A stretch of DNA of 64,000 bases from Phoronis australis (Eukaryota; Animalia; Phoronida), in NCBI GenBank assembly GCA_002633005.1, contig NMRA01000382.1, positions 252,307 through 316,306 on the forward strand. The letters run 5' to 3'. How positions within the stretch are numbered: the first letter of the stretch is position 1; each line of letters begins with the position of its first letter. Shown piece after piece: positions 33,401 through 47,123 of this stretch. A model generated the notes under the pieces. That model was not told the origin of the DNA. It did not search any database and saw only the letters and a program-made list of their open reading frames with translations. A program made the position numbers and the translations under genes.

Positions 33401-36400
33401 ATGTGCTCTGCGTTCATGCCATATGATAGCGTGACTCAAATTGCGCCCTAGCCTTCGGTTGGTAAATTTTACTCTTTTTGAAGTAGTCACGCGTACTTGC
33501 ATGCTAATTAATATTGCATTTGCTGCATAATTTGGCAGGCTAAGTTGTAATGTATTGTTGAAGAAAAATAAGTGAGTTCCTGACCGTGCTTTCGAAACCA
33601 ATGGCAACTATGCAGTAGTCACGCGGTAACAGCGCCCGCTCTTCGCAGATTTAGAACATTATCTCGTTCGTACTGAACACCTGTAAGACATGTTCCCCAG
33701 GATCACTGATTGTGTTATGGTTACTTTGAACTTTATATACATCTGGCTGACGCATGTTACTTTGAGAATAAAGGGAACTCTGATCCACTAGGCCTGGTGT
33801 GACTTCCGTTCTCACGGTACTCGAAAAGAGTAAGATGGCGCTGCAACATGCCAGGCAAGTGAAACTCTAATGTTTCCCGAAAACGCTTGGGTCTAAACCA
33901 GAAAAATGACAGCCGCTGAAGTGATTGTTCGACTGTGCTGGGATGTTGAAATCATTAGGGACGGAAATCCTATGTTTCCATTCCATAAGCGAAGACAAGC
34001 GTCTCGTTGTTGCCTCGCCGCAATATTGCCTAGCTACTGGCCTTTTTAGAGTTTGAGAAATCATATAGTACACTGTATGCTCTTCTTTCGTCGCAGCCAA
34101 ATGCAGGGTACCAAAACGGGGGCTCCTCGTAAAGTGTCATTTCAGGTATGCTCACGAGGCGTAAAAGTGGATGGCAGCCTTTTTACGGTGATAAAAATGC
34201 GTGATAACTGAGCCAATATTTTACTGACAGGTCGTTACGAAGAACTGATCCTGTTTAAATCGTTTCCTCTGTTCTTGAGCTTGTCATGGCTAAGAACAGT
34301 ATAAGACCAGTATTGAACGGCTTGTCATTCAAGTTGTTCGTTAGACATTGAATTCAAGTGTCAATAGTTAGACCTGCTATAGAGCCGACTTTTGTCAAGA
34401 TACAAACTTATAATTCAAAACACTTAAAATTATAAAATTTGCCTAAAATCAACCCTTGCTCAGACTAGAGGGCTACAAGAAGTGACAGTTCGTTATTACA
34501 CGAGAACAAACCTTCGTGGTCACGGTTTTATTTATATGCTCCCAAGATTGTCCCAAGAAGTAACGCATTGTCCGTCGGTGCCTTCTAAGATTGAAGTAAC
34601 AACTCAATCTGAGTAAGGAACTACACTGAGTCAGAGAAACTTCTTAAAGTCATAATTGGTCCTCACATAAATTTAGTTTCATAGTGGAAGGCCCGTTTAG
34701 CCGCAAAAAAAATAAACTGCTGATAGCATTTTGAATAAAATAGTCCAGGGAACCCAATTTCGGAAGTTTCTCGCACTGAATAATTATCACAAGTCATATA
34801 CATATACATTTGTATGAGTGCTCCAGTCAGACTTCAATAGACTTCTTTTTTCAGTCATGAGCCCATTTCTGACAAAAATAACTTTTTAATCAGAACAATT
34901 ACGGTCACAAAACTGACGTCGAAATGATAGACTACACTAGAGGTGGTTTATTGGTTTGGGGAGAACCTCCCATTCATCATTGCCCGTGACTGGTTCAGTA
35001 ACTTGGCTTGTCACGGCGAGCCCTTTTATTTTGCCCGATCAAGATTTCATGCAGTAGGGAACAGTCAGATTTTTACTTCTCATCTGAGTATGGACCTAGA
35101 AGTTTATGTTGGCAAAACGCGTGTTTACAGTCGCTTTAACAAGAAGACGTGTTTAAGTAGTCGGGGGTAACTTTCTTGATCACGTTTGCATAATCTCTAA
35201 GGTTTGGACAATATATTGGTTTCACTAAGTTGACATGTGGACTCTTAAAGCGCCATTGAACCATTGCTTCCCGTCAAAAGGAAATTTTGATTTCGGCCAC
35301 CTGACGTCATAAAATTGGTCTTATTTTGCACCTTACTCCGTGTAGAAGTTATCTCTTGGCTCGGGACGACCTGGTACTTAGTTATTTCTTCAGGTCTGAG
35401 GGACCTTAAACTTTTAGGAGCCCTTTGTCTGAAGGAATAACGAATTGTCAGTCCTTTTCAAGCCTGGCATCACTGCCAGTTTGACTGAGAAATGTGCTGG
35501 GACCAAATCCGTAACGGTAAGTAGCGTACAATATAAAGAAAAATATTGGTAGTTGACATGAAGCACGGGTTTGATGTTGCTTTATGAAGAATGTTAAATG
35601 AACTGCGACATCTGGTGTTGGCAATACACCTGCTTCTTCCATTTACTCAACACTCCACTGCAATATGCAAATTACATATCAAACGGGTCCAGTACTCAGC
35701 TACACAAGGTTTGTCTCAAACGTTCATGTGTCATAAAACACAAATCCACTTCCTGAAACGGCTATTGCGAGCATTGAAAGGTAAAACAATCAAGGGAAAC
35801 TGTGTAGAATTTAGCCGGACAGTTTAGAAACCCCTACAAGACCACTCGATATTGATTTTGCGATTCATTTTGCTGGCAAAATCCGCCACATCATCGTGGC
35901 TTGGATTTTTTTTCTGCTTCAGACGTATCAAGGAGGGTATATGGCGGTGAAAGGCCTAATTCGATTCAGGGCACAGTGCAGGTTTAAGTAATTGGAAAAA
36001 GAAATTGCTAAGAACCAGCTGCAGTATATGAAAGTCGTACCTGAATATTCTACAATAGTCATACACGTATCGTATCGTGGAGGACAGGAGAGCTCTTGTT
36101 CCTCGTCCACGCAGTGAAAGTTCGAGATTTCACGATCACATTTGTAACACTTGATGGCGCTGGTGGCTAGAATTAAATATATGAAATTATAAAGCAGAGA
36201 ACGTTAACTTGTAAGTTCAGAATGGTAAAAGAAATTAAAGCTAGATGCAAAATCCGTTGTCTCACAGCCGCAATTCTGTTACCGCGCATGCACTTAAGCA
36301 GGTGCACGAGCAAATTTCAAAGCATTAACCTCTCATGTTGCCTTTGGCCAACAAGGTTCGCGGAGACGTTATTCAAAATCCAGCGTTAAAAAACACATTA

Positions 36401-37032
36401 TAACTTTATTTCCAGGCTATTCTCACAGTGTTCATATTTATCATACAAGTAGCTTGTCGTGCATGGTCGCGTTCTTTGAAGAACGCAAATGGACTCCTAC
36501 AACCATCTCACTTCTGACCCACGAGTCTCCTGCTCGGCATGTTCGCAATTAATATCCAGACAAAAACCCGAATGAGGCGACGGCAACAGTAGATTAACAC
36601 AGGGTACCTGAACTCGTTCAGGACCCTAAGTTTCCCTGATTACCCCCAGAATTTGAAGTTGGGTCTCAGATCCCAAGGCTGTATTCCAGGTTCAATAGTG
36701 GATATATCTGAGCTGCCTGAATAAGACAACGTGAATGACTGTATGTCAGCAGCGAAATTTTCTTGTCAAAAACTTAATTCTTGCTGCAAATTTATCCATG
36801 GTAGTCTGTGGACTGGTTGCATTCGGAGCTCACCACGGATAATCCGAGCCGATGACTACACAAAAGATGCTATAACTCCCTGTATATCGTTGAATCTTTG
36901 ATTATACTGTGTGTATATATCAATATACTAGGTATAATTATACTTACAAAATGGATCTTCAAATCTGTAACTAAACACGCTGTGAGCCACTGAGTATAGC
37001 ACAAGTACGACTGTAGCCATGCTGGTTGGCAT
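30216..37032 (-). CDS. Ly6/uPAR (three-finger, LU-domain) GPI-type protein, LYPD6-like, 146 aa. Exons: 37032-36948, 36166-36041, 30445-30216
   Basis: Spliced product: MPTSMATVVLVLYSVAHSVFSYRFEDPFSTSAIKCYKCDREISNFHCVDEEQELSCPPRYDTCMTIVEYSDISEKMFITKRCSKKLSCALQVNQTRTSYPCDNSLPSWVCTDCCYEDLCNYNSGGKTSAHWLTLATGLSFFVTILT*. It has a signal-like N-terminus, IKCYxC start, CCxxDLCN end and hydrophobic tail. Two phase-1 introns match the usual Ly6 exon layout. Confidence 0.9.
31393..31460 (-). mobile_element. tRNA-like (SINE head) relic
   Basis: Exact Pol III B box GGTTCGATTCC (31411-31401) with a weak A-box-like tagccagctgag upstream; no intact acceptor stem. Confidence 0.3.
36041..36166 (-). CDS. Ly6/uPAR gene exon 2 (Cys1-5)
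   Basis: ttctag acceptor, gtacga donor, phase 1 to 1. Confidence 0.92.
36948..37032 (-). CDS. Ly6/uPAR gene exon 1 (signal peptide; alternative ATG at 37020)
   Basis: ATG, hydrophobic stretch, gtaagt donor in phase 1. Confidence 0.78.
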
Positions 37033-37163
37033 ATGATATTAATATCGAGTTTAAATGAAAATTCATATATAGTTTACGATATGAAACAACTTCCTCCAGT
37101 GCGCCATTTAGCGAAATTAAACTGCTGCTGGGGTCACGTGTTAGCTGAAGACTAAGTCAATAC

Positions 37164-37171
37164 CTTTTATA
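37164..37171 (-). promoter_or_regulatory. Probable TATA box of the Ly6/uPAR gene
   Basis: TATAAAAG on the - strand about 130 nt upstream of the ATG. Confidence 0.5.
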
Positions 37172-38097
37172 TCAAAATCGAAGAAGACTGGTGAATCGGT
37201 TAATTTGTGACAGCTGGAATCTACGCCGTTAATTGTTGCTTTTACAACCCCAGCACGTGTGTTATGTCCGCACCGCTGATTGCTCTTAGGGAGACGAGTA
37301 TTGAAGCCTCTGAGAGGCTCTTATTTTGAGAAATTATCATTATTCAATCCAGTTACCTACCCTAGATTGCACTGGAAACATTTCATTTTCTATATCCAGA
37401 TCAATACCATGCATTAAACAAATTAGACTGTCGCATTTACAATGTACTACAATTCATGAAGATGGTTGACTGGCCCCGATCTGACTTGTGGCCAGAGCGG
37501 TACTGTAGCTCATTCTTTGGTGAAATGAGATACGCAGCGTCATACATGTAAGTATAATTAGTGGTGAAAATATGCTGTGTAACCACCTTCTGTGAGAAAT
37601 CAATTTTTGGTTTGGATCACTTAATGCTGTATCCGATTCTTAAATCCCTGATTCCTGTGCTTAGGAACGCCACATAATGTTGCGAGTCACAATCGCAGCT
37701 TCCCGCTGGTTGTAGCAGATGATGCATAATTAAACGCATGTAGGTCACAAGTATATTTCTAAACATTGTGTTGCAACAAGTTTCTGTACTAGCATCTGGG
37801 TAATTGGTCGTATTTTATTCAACGTCGAGCTGCATCTACGGAAGCGTATAGGTGCCACAACACTGCCTAACACCACGACATCCTGCAAACTTCAAACACC
37901 CTGCAAACAACACCGCCACAATGACTACAAGACTACTCTACAACACGTTGATATATCTGGGGGGCAGTACTTCGCTAGCGATAGGGGTCAGCCGCCCCCA
38001 GCCCCCAGAACCCATCCCTATATGCAATTTTACCATGACCTAGTCTATAGTGTCAAGGTGACCCATCCAGTCCCCAAATCCACAAAATGTAGTGCTG

Positions 38098-38215
38098 TAG
38101 TGGGGCGTAGGCGGACGTAGGCGCAGCCAACCACCTTTTGGTGTTTGAACGTAGCGCCTACGCACCGGCAATGCTCACGGTGATACGGTGGGCTTTGGGC
38201 GCCTACTTACCACTA
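38098..38215. mobile_element. Small TIR element (tagtgg...gtaggcg / cgcctac...ccacta), possible TA TSD
   Basis: Imperfect terminal inverted repeat; only one copy in this window. Confidence 0.4.
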
Positions 38216-38785
38216 ATTTTTCCTCTACACAATCGGACAAAATGCCGACACCACAGCCAACTTGAACACGAATCGAGCTACTGGGCCGAGGTACGATACC
38301 ACCACGTGCAACACGCTAGAACAATGACTAACACAACGTTAGGTAGACTAGGTTCAGTTTAAGCACGATTGAGAAGGGGGCATCCAGAAGTTATCAGTTT
38401 CAAACAAAACTACGAAACAACAAAATCCGTAGTCTTGTTAGATTGGGGTAGAATTTTCCGAGAACCAAATTTAGCTTCCACTCAGCAATTCGCAGATTTC
38501 AGTCGGACAAAAACAGTAACAAAATATCAGATTCAGCTTTGAAGACTCGAGAACCTGGTGATTATTTTTGCTAACCAATCATTGGTGCAACTCTTACCAG
38601 AGCATTGTGGTTTTGGACGTTTTGTCTAAATTCTAAAATTACAAAATTGGCGCCGGACAAATTGACCGTGGGAGTAAGCTAGGGGTTACCTGAAGGTCAC
38701 GTTTTTCAACAAGGAGGTCGACGGTCATTAAGCACGCAGATTTTTGCAGAAACAACAGTCATAGAACACAAACATATCCATCGTG

Positions 38786-39047
38786 CATGCGCGCACCCAG
38801 CCTTTAATATGGGGGCTCGAATTTCTAACAAAGTGAAGCTTTTGCTAACAAAAAATGGGAGGATTATAAAAAAACGGGGTACCACCTTCAGAACTGTAAA
38901 CTGTGCGTCTACGCCTTTTTAGTGGATTTTGTCACATTTTCTCGGACATTTTGTTTCTCTCAGGCTGAGGCAGACATTTTACCTACTTCACCAAATTGGG
39001 GGCTCGTTCGAACCCACCGAGNCCCCCCCCCCCTGAGTGCGCGCATG
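38786..39047 (-). mobile_element. MITE family B, inverted copy, TSD TCGTG/CCGTG
   Basis: catgcgcgcacccag...ctgagtgcgcgcatg; reverse-complement homology to the 27468 copy. Confidence 0.85.
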
Positions 39048-40115
39048 CCGTGAGAAAACAAAGTTTTACCATGAGTGGGTTCCGAACAACTGCATTCACA
39101 GTGGCCGACTGTGTAACTTTACGATTACGATCATTCCTATTGACAAGTCTGCGTATTTAGCCAAGTATTAGTCAATAGAGTTAAACTCAGTATAAGCAGG
39201 AATATTCTCAAAGAGGTAGAAACCACGTAAAATTTTATTGTTTTCTTACTTTTTACCATGCTGCGATTCCTTGGGTCACGTGACCATTTTTTTAGTAAAA
39301 CATAGCGAAGATAAAGGTGCATTAAATGATACATGAAGCAAAACTACAATTTCAAGAATATGACCACATTTCATTGATGTAAATATTGAGGATGAAATTT
39401 CAAAACACGCTCTTGGAATTTTCTAAGATGTCATTTCGTTTTCATTTGGGGCATCTTTTAAGTGTCGTATGTTCTAATTTTTAGCCCTGTTCCAAAAAGC
39501 ATTTTTTTTCAAACCAGTCCTTATTTGATTTTGGAGAATTGTGAATAAACCAGGGTATCTGAAGTTTTCAAGATAATACAATCAACCATTTTTGAGATAT
39601 GACGTTCTGAATTTAGTCAAACTTGGACATTTTTAAGGGTCTCACATCACATTAATGTTGATACCGTTATTAGGAAACTAGACCTAAGAAAAGCTCTTCA
39701 GGTGTTCTAGGCCGAGCAGACACCAGGGACGAAGTGGAATTTCTTTCATTAGGAGAATTTTACATTTTGAACATTATCGTGCAAACCGTTTGATTGCCCA
39801 CAGCACAATTTCATAGCAAGATGGTCACATAGATTTTTTTTCATAACGCTTGGAAATCTCACAGAAATACTCCTCCACAGAAGACCGTACTCGCTGCCCT
39901 CTAACGCCATCTAGCGACACGGCGTATGTCGTTATGTCGCGTCAGCTGTAATGTATGGTCTGGAGTTGAAGATCTATGATGATAGTTGACTCAAACCTAT
40001 GAAAGTTATTGTTGCCGCTTACTTCATTTAACATTCAAAAACAAACTTTCACGTTCGAATGACCTGCTCAATTCTGAAAAAATCAATGTACAAAATTTAG
40101 CACAGCAGTACAATC

Positions 40116-40271
40116 CAGTGGCGGATTTAAGGGGTGGCAAGGGGGCCATGGCCCCTAAAATTCTCCCAGATTGGATTTGGCAGTACAGGAGTGCAAATAT
40201 CTGACAGGAAAATCCTGGCTAATACTCTGCCCTGCCCCTCCCCACAACCCAAAACCCTGGATCCGCCTCTG
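40116..40271 (+). mobile_element. MITE family A, TSD CAATC/GAATC
   Basis: cagtggcggattta...ggatccgcctctg; internal sequence matches the 12270 copy. Confidence 0.85.
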
Positions 40272-41192
40272 GAATCCGTACACTATTGTCGCTGTCTTGT
40301 TAACAAATGAGTAGTTGATATTGATGATACAATTAGGAATGACCCCACTAATCATGCGAGTGAATGGGGTTGGCCGGCGATGTGGTGAGAGAACACATCC
40401 ATATATTTAAAACATATTTTCGACAAAATATCTACATGTAAAAGGGAGCTTTTTCAGAATTTTTACACAAAATTGCTCTCTAAATAGGTATTTGTTGTCC
40501 GAACTCACTGTTTAAATGGGTACGTATCCACATTTTCGTCCAAATATACTCTTGTACCCCCGGCCGTGTCGGATACCACTTGTTCGTTATTTTGGTCATT
40601 TACTTTGTGATATGACGTTGGTTTCGTAAAATGTAACAATGGTACATTTCTCGCATGTCCTTTCTACGTAAAATGTAACAGTTGCTACGAAATTTTACAT
40701 TTTATCACGTATCATGGTATTCTGATCGCCGCAACTATTCTAAAACAACCACAATGATCAAAACGTGTGTCAGTGATCAAACCAAGGAGTCTAGCTTATT
40801 GCGATAATACACACCTCAACGGTGGATTCGTGTTTTTATCAATTTGAAATGCACTTAGCAGTCAGTTAGACCAAACACAAACCACTGCGTAACAAAATCA
40901 GCCTGCTTAAAATGCCACTATTAAGGCATTTAGTCCATAACAGACAGACAATACTAACGTGCAACATAAATCCGGTCCAATTTGACCCCTAGAATTTAGA
41001 CCCCATGAGTAAATTGGCCCTAAGCCATGTTTTACAAAAACGAGCCCTGATGCCATGAACTTTAAATTAGCCGTCATTACAGCAGATTACGTGAACATTA
41101 ACATTGCTTATTTCTAGAGTATCTGGTTTATTTACCGTTATATTTATTGAAGTACTTAAACTATCGATGTCCCATGTCATTCTGCTAGTGTA

Positions 41193-41503
41193 TCTCTCTC
41201 TCTCTACCTCCCTCTCCCTCTCCCTCTCCCTCTNNNNNNNNNNNNNNNNNNNNNNNNNNNNNNNNNNNNNNNNNNNNNNNNNNNNNNNNNNNNNNNNNNN
41301 NNNNNNNNNNNNNNNNNNNNNNNNNNNNNNNNNNNNNNNNNNNNNNNNNNNNNNNNNNNNNNNNNNNNNNNNNNNNNNNNNNNNNNNNNNNNNNNNNNNN
41401 NNNNNNNNNNNNNNNNNNNNNNNNNNNNNNNNNNNNNNNNNNNNNNNNNNNNNNNNNNNNNNNNNNNNNNNNNNNNNNNNNNNNNNNNNNNNNCTCCCTC
41501 CCT

Positions 41504-41541
<38 letters not shown>
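41193..41541. repeat. (CT)n/(CCCTCT)n microsatellite spanning the N gap 41234-41493
   Basis: Directly visible on both sides of the gap. Confidence 0.95.
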
Positions 41542-41544
<3 letters not shown>

Positions 41545-42047
41545 TCGAATGGTTTCACCTTTGTTTGTCAACAGCGCTACGTAGGGTTCATGTCTAAACT
41601 TTTGGCCACACACCAAATGTGAAACTCAACCTCTCCCCAGGGTATTCATTGTGTGGTGCACCTTTACAAATATCAAAATTTATGTTTTAATTTTTTTTCA
41701 CCCATTACTTCTGGGAGTCTGATTTTCTGAAAGTGTGCGGCTCCTGTCCTCAACCAATGATTCGGTTTCCTTCATGAACTCGGATTACAAAGTTGAGGAT
41801 GTCTAGTTTTGAATGGATATGCATTGATTTCAAGCAAGGTTTGAATAAACACAGTGTACAGTGTACGCTAAATGAATTAATATGTTTTATAAATGCAAAC
41901 ATTTGTGCACACCTTTCATTATGGGGGAACCGTTTCAATTGCTAGAACGGTCATGATCCTCTGATATCGTTGTCCGCTGAAAAAACGTGATTTAAGTGAT
42001 TTAGGCGATCGTTTACATGTTTTTTTATACCCTGACAGTCAGGGAAA

Positions 42048-42289
42048 ATTGCGTACAGAAGGGGAGGGGGGAGAGGCAGGGCGAGTATCCGGGGCATCCA
42101 CATTCGTAGGACATCCAATTAATATAAACGTTTTGAAATTGCGACTGGTTTGTAGTTAAATTGAATAAAGTTTCTATTTTAAGTTTCATTTTTACCTATT
42201 TTAGTACTAGGGTACACGCATTTAAGTACAGTGAGGGGCATTACATAAAGTAATCGCCCCGGACATCATCAAACCTCTACACGCCAATG
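42048..42289. mobile_element. Degenerate MITE-like element
   Basis: G-rich left end with ccggggcatc and right end cgccccggacatc...ctctacacgccaatg, resembling CAGTGGCG-type termini. Confidence 0.4.
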
Positions 42290-45200
42290 GCCAAGGATGT
42301 CGTCGTTCAGTGGTTCTCGTACAATGCATGTATCACAGCAGACACCTCCGAGTGGCATCATTTGGTGACACTCCTTCCAAACCCCTGAAGTGATTTTATT
42401 CAGCTTACTAAACGTGACAGCAACTGGCTGGTTTCAACTAGGACTCAACACTCGGTGTCGTAGCTAATACAAGCTTCTGCGTGCTTACGCTACTGAGTAT
42501 CCGGGTCCTATACGCACCGACCGCACTTCACGAAGTTCTCTGGTCTCGGATAGTCGTTCGCACTAAAAAAGACTTCGAGCTAATGTTAAAGCTTACCCTT
42601 TACTAGTAGAGATGATATCACAAGGCTCGTGGTCAAAGTCCACTGAATCATCCATGAGTAACCACAATGCCGTTTATTTTTACCCATGTTCCATCATACG
42701 GAGCCGCAAAGTACAAAGCCACCAGCGCACTTTGGCATTCACGTAGTCACGCTATATAATAACTTGCACTTTATAATACAGAGACCAGCAGGCCACTATA
42801 TATTTTCACTCATTCAAGTATTCATGTCACAAAATAAACACGAGTCGTGCTCTCGTTGCGTGCTGAACTGGAAGGAGCGCTCAGCGCGAAGGCAACGAGA
42901 CCAACATGCATAAATCAACTAGGCCTTTACACATGGGGGCCACGGAAGATAGTGAGTCACTATATTCTCTCAACTGTGAATTTCTGCGCATATTTTATCC
43001 TGTAATATATAATAAACACCGCCATACCCATTCTGCGCACATGGGCTTTATGATTCGAAAATAATCTCTGGAACAATGCCAGATTGTGCCGAAGATACTG
43101 CCAAATTACGAGTGCAAGTTTCCAGCGGTAGTATGCAAAACATAGATTTTTTAGTTTTCAGGGATTTCTTCGTAACATCTTTTAATTTCGCAAGACATCT
43201 TACAGCTACCACTGACGAAACCGCAAGGTGAATTCCTTGACGGTAAACCCAGTGAAATATGGCCTCTCGGTGCCCAGTCAGATCTTCATGGATCAAGTCT
43301 CCAAGGAAAACTAGCGACACGGTGTGTGCGGCGTAACTGGAACAAACGCCATCATTCATAATCTAGTGTAAATGTGTGCTAACTGAATGGAACTGTCGAT
43401 TTCAACACGAGGTTTTGATACGAACGCTGAGAGTTGTTAGAGTTTTCTTTGACTGACTGTCAAAAGAGTGCATATTTCGAGTTATGTTATAGAGTTATTC
43501 CCAGGCGCGAATCCAGGAGCAACAAATCCCCATGCCTTACGTCAAAACGCCTTTGGTTTGAACATATCTGTTGTAAATCGACCTGATTGTACGTCTTACT
43601 CTAATTGTAGGCCTAAAAATAACTGGCATGCTATTACTAGTCAGATCATCCACTAGCTTTATTTATTGAAAGGATGGTTAGTTTTTGTCGCAAAGAAAAT
43701 ATGTCCCTCGTGGAAATTTCCGGCAATTCAATGCAATCAACTATGCTCTATCGCGGCAAGGGTGTGTAATTCGGCTCTGGTGTATCTCCTCGGTCAGTTG
43801 CCAAATTTACGTTTGAGGTCAGTGACCCAGGGTTAGCTATAGGTTGTCTACTTGGTATTGACACGGGTAACCAGGGGTAGCGATTGTTCTCGAATGGGCT
43901 GTGCAGAGTTGTAATTCCTGTCCCACTGAATTGAAAAATTCCAGAGGAAATGTTTTGTCTTTAACTTTTGCGGGCTGTCAGCATTCATGATGTAGGCGAA
44001 ACTTTCTTTTTAATCAGATAATAATACTGCTTGATTACGCCAGTTCACAGATTAACAAAGCCTACTTCATAGTTACGCCCTTTTTACAGACACACCGGCC
44101 TTTGTTTTCTGACAGTAGTTTGGTATTCCAAAAGAAGGCAAAACCGCGAAACGCAGTGGAAAACAAAGGCCAACAAAATAGAATGTAGCGAACCTGGCGT
44201 TCGTTTTCGAAGCTGTCGTACTTGTATCTGGTGAAAGAGGCAAATCCTAATCCCTGAGGCAGTACGGTAGCAGTTGCATCGCAGGAATGAGCGCCAGGTG
44301 TCACCACCAGGTGACAAAAACGGCGTGGAGGCAGCTTTCGTGAACACCCGTACATTAATGTATACAAGACTGTCGCGAATTACGTAACTTCGGAGAGGTT
44401 ACTATGGAAACATCATAGGAAATCTTTATGTAATTGCTTAGGAATCCCAGTAGATAATTATATGGCGCGAGTTGTTACTGCCGCGGACTGGTTAATACGG
44501 TACAGAAATCTTAGTGCTGGTTGGTATTCAGTCAGGCCAACACTCATGGGACTATTTAGGAGAATGCAAGTCGTTTTCAGAAAAGGCGTGTTACTGATAG
44601 GTGTTGAGATGGGGCTCATTTTAGTTTGGAGGTGAGTTATCTATCGAGAGATAAATATCTGCAACTTTCTCAAATTAGGAAAAATTGTCCCTGTTGTTTT
44701 GTCCAAGCGGCAAAACGAGTCTTGCTTTGACAGAGCGTATTTCGCGGACCAAGTTAAAGCCTACATAAAATGGTTGTTAATCATTCCCTTTCATGGGACG
44801 CTCGTGGCGTTGAAAATGTCGTGTAAACTTTTATACCATTTGGAAACTTGTATTAAGCAAAAGTAAACATTCGACAGTTATTTGACTTTTTCTATTGGTG
44901 TAATGTAACTACACATTTGAAACACTGAGCTCGAAATCTGCCGAAGGGCAAACTTCTCTACTTCAATGTGTTGGAGATCGAGCACTTTCGTATAATAGGG
45001 CATAATTTTATCTAATGCCATGGACATTTCACTGTTTAACCTTAGTTCTTGTTTTACAGTAGCAGTTGTTTTTTATCATTCGTGATGCAATGACTTAGAC
45101 CTACAGATTGGACTCTCCTCTGTTAAGAACGAACTTTTGGTCTTAACCATTTACCGTGGCTGATCTCAAAATATTTTGTTATGTCAGATCCTTTGGTTCT

Positions 45201-47049
45201 GAAAGGAAATTGCACTTAGTTTATCCTTGTGAGCAAGCTCATTAAGTTCGATGGACCCGCCGCTTAGAAATTTCTTTCAGTCTAAACACCAAGTAAAAAG
45301 TTCTTACCGGAAGACGAAATTTTAAGGAGGACGCCTTGTAATAAAATCTTAACGGTGTTAATTCATCACAGACATGCAAAGTAGGGCATAATTTGCGTGG
45401 TGTCATTTTTGGTTAAAAGAGATTTTAGCGTGTATTATATGTAAATTCAAACATTTAATTATCATAACAAGAAGTGATCCAGCCGATGAGACGCGCATTT
45501 TATGAACACGTGCTTGATTTTTATTTCACAGTGAGCCAGATATATTTCAATACATTCATATTGATCAGCATGGAGAAAAAATAGCAAGAAGACAATCAAG
45601 TTATGCCTTTGATAATGTTTTATTTTAGATCATTCCGTTAGTTACTCATTTGGTAAGGATGTTCAGCTTAAAAGTGTCATTTTGTAGCAAAATTTTCCTT
45701 GTAATGCAGTTTTGCTATTAATATTAGCACTAGGTAATTTATTAATTAACAAAACTTAAACTGTCGATAGATTCAACAGACTTTTCAAATTTTCAACAAC
45801 CTCTTTCTCGCTCTATGGCGAGTAGCAACCAGCCATTATGCAATGTTATTCGGGGTGCTGACGATTTATGTTCTCATCAATCCTAAAATATTTAAAGTCA
45901 GACTTGGCTTGTATGATTGCTATGCAACTGTTGTGTTTTTATCCATTTTTGGATCGCGTTCGTGAAAGATAACGTGTACATATATGATTGTGTACATCAG
46001 TCGATAGCATGATTCATAGCGGTGTTGCGTACGGTAGCAATTAGCGGCTTATATTTGACGGTGTGTGCGTGTTAGCCAACTTTGCTGATTGCACAAATTG
46101 AATTCATGCATAATTCCGACTACTTTGACTCGTGTCAAATTCTTGCAACACGAAGTTCATTCCCCTCTCCGCAGGCGCACGCGCACATGTCGTTAATATA
46201 CATAGCCACCACTGGCACCAGAGGGCACTGTTTGATAATCGCTTTGATAGTATACAAAACGTAATTTGACAAAGCCGTTTGTTGTTTTGTGGTTGAAAAG
46301 AAATTAAAAGTTCAAAGACCCTAAAGTATGAGCCACGACCATCTGTTCCCAACCAATGGCAACTTTTGTGTCTTCTGTTCTCAGTCAACCTCTGTGTCGG
46401 CTTTGACTCCGATAAAACTATAACGTGTTAAGTTCAACCCTTTTCTTTCTGATATCTGGAAGCTCTAACTTCGTTTGACATGGTCACTGTTGGTTTATGA
46501 TCGCTGAAATTGAGTACATCCTTATTAAAGTCCTAGACGGGTCAAAACCTCCAGATGAAACGGTTTAGGGAGCCGTAATTCTAACAGTTTTGAGTTACAT
46601 GTACCTTTTGGACACGGTGTTGCCACGCAAATCAACACGAGTGCCGAACCAAACATTTTATTGTATCTTTGGCCCAACTTGCTCAGGCTCACTACTCAAC
46701 GTTATGTTTCCGTTGCAAAAATTAAATCAAAACATCAGAAACTCGACATGTGTGAAGCGGGACGTCACAAGATGAAGTGTGGTATTTCCTAAATTAGATA
46801 TGCGCGTTCTTTTTTTTGGTGATTGTGAGTGACTAGTGAAATGAGGTCTCACATACTACGCTATAATGGAACTTCTTTGTTGTTTTACCATGCGAGATGC
46901 ACTCGTATTTAGCATCGCTGTGCTATCGCGTTGTGAATGTCCATTTTTGAACAACACGGACTGCGCACGAGACGAAAGACGGAACCAATTAGGGTCTAAT
47001 TAGCTGTTCGTATCAGCTTCATAACTGACAAGATTGGTGTACGCACATA

Positions 47050-47051
<2 letters not shown>

Positions 47052-47112
<61 letters not shown>

Positions 47113-47123
47113 GCACACACACA
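47052..47123. repeat. (CA)n microsatellite
   Basis: Perfect to 47108, then interrupted. Confidence 0.97.

Noticed and set aside
12192-40355. ORFs containing RIQDF/GGQGAMAP-type peptides (12192, 24029, 24102, 39986, 40155)
   Set aside because: Translations of GC-rich MITE family A copies; no transposase motifs.
43048-43359. 103-aa minus-strand ORF with LVFLGDL
   Set aside because: Only a short resemblance to phosphoesterase or endonuclease motifs; no other conserved motif and no splice context.
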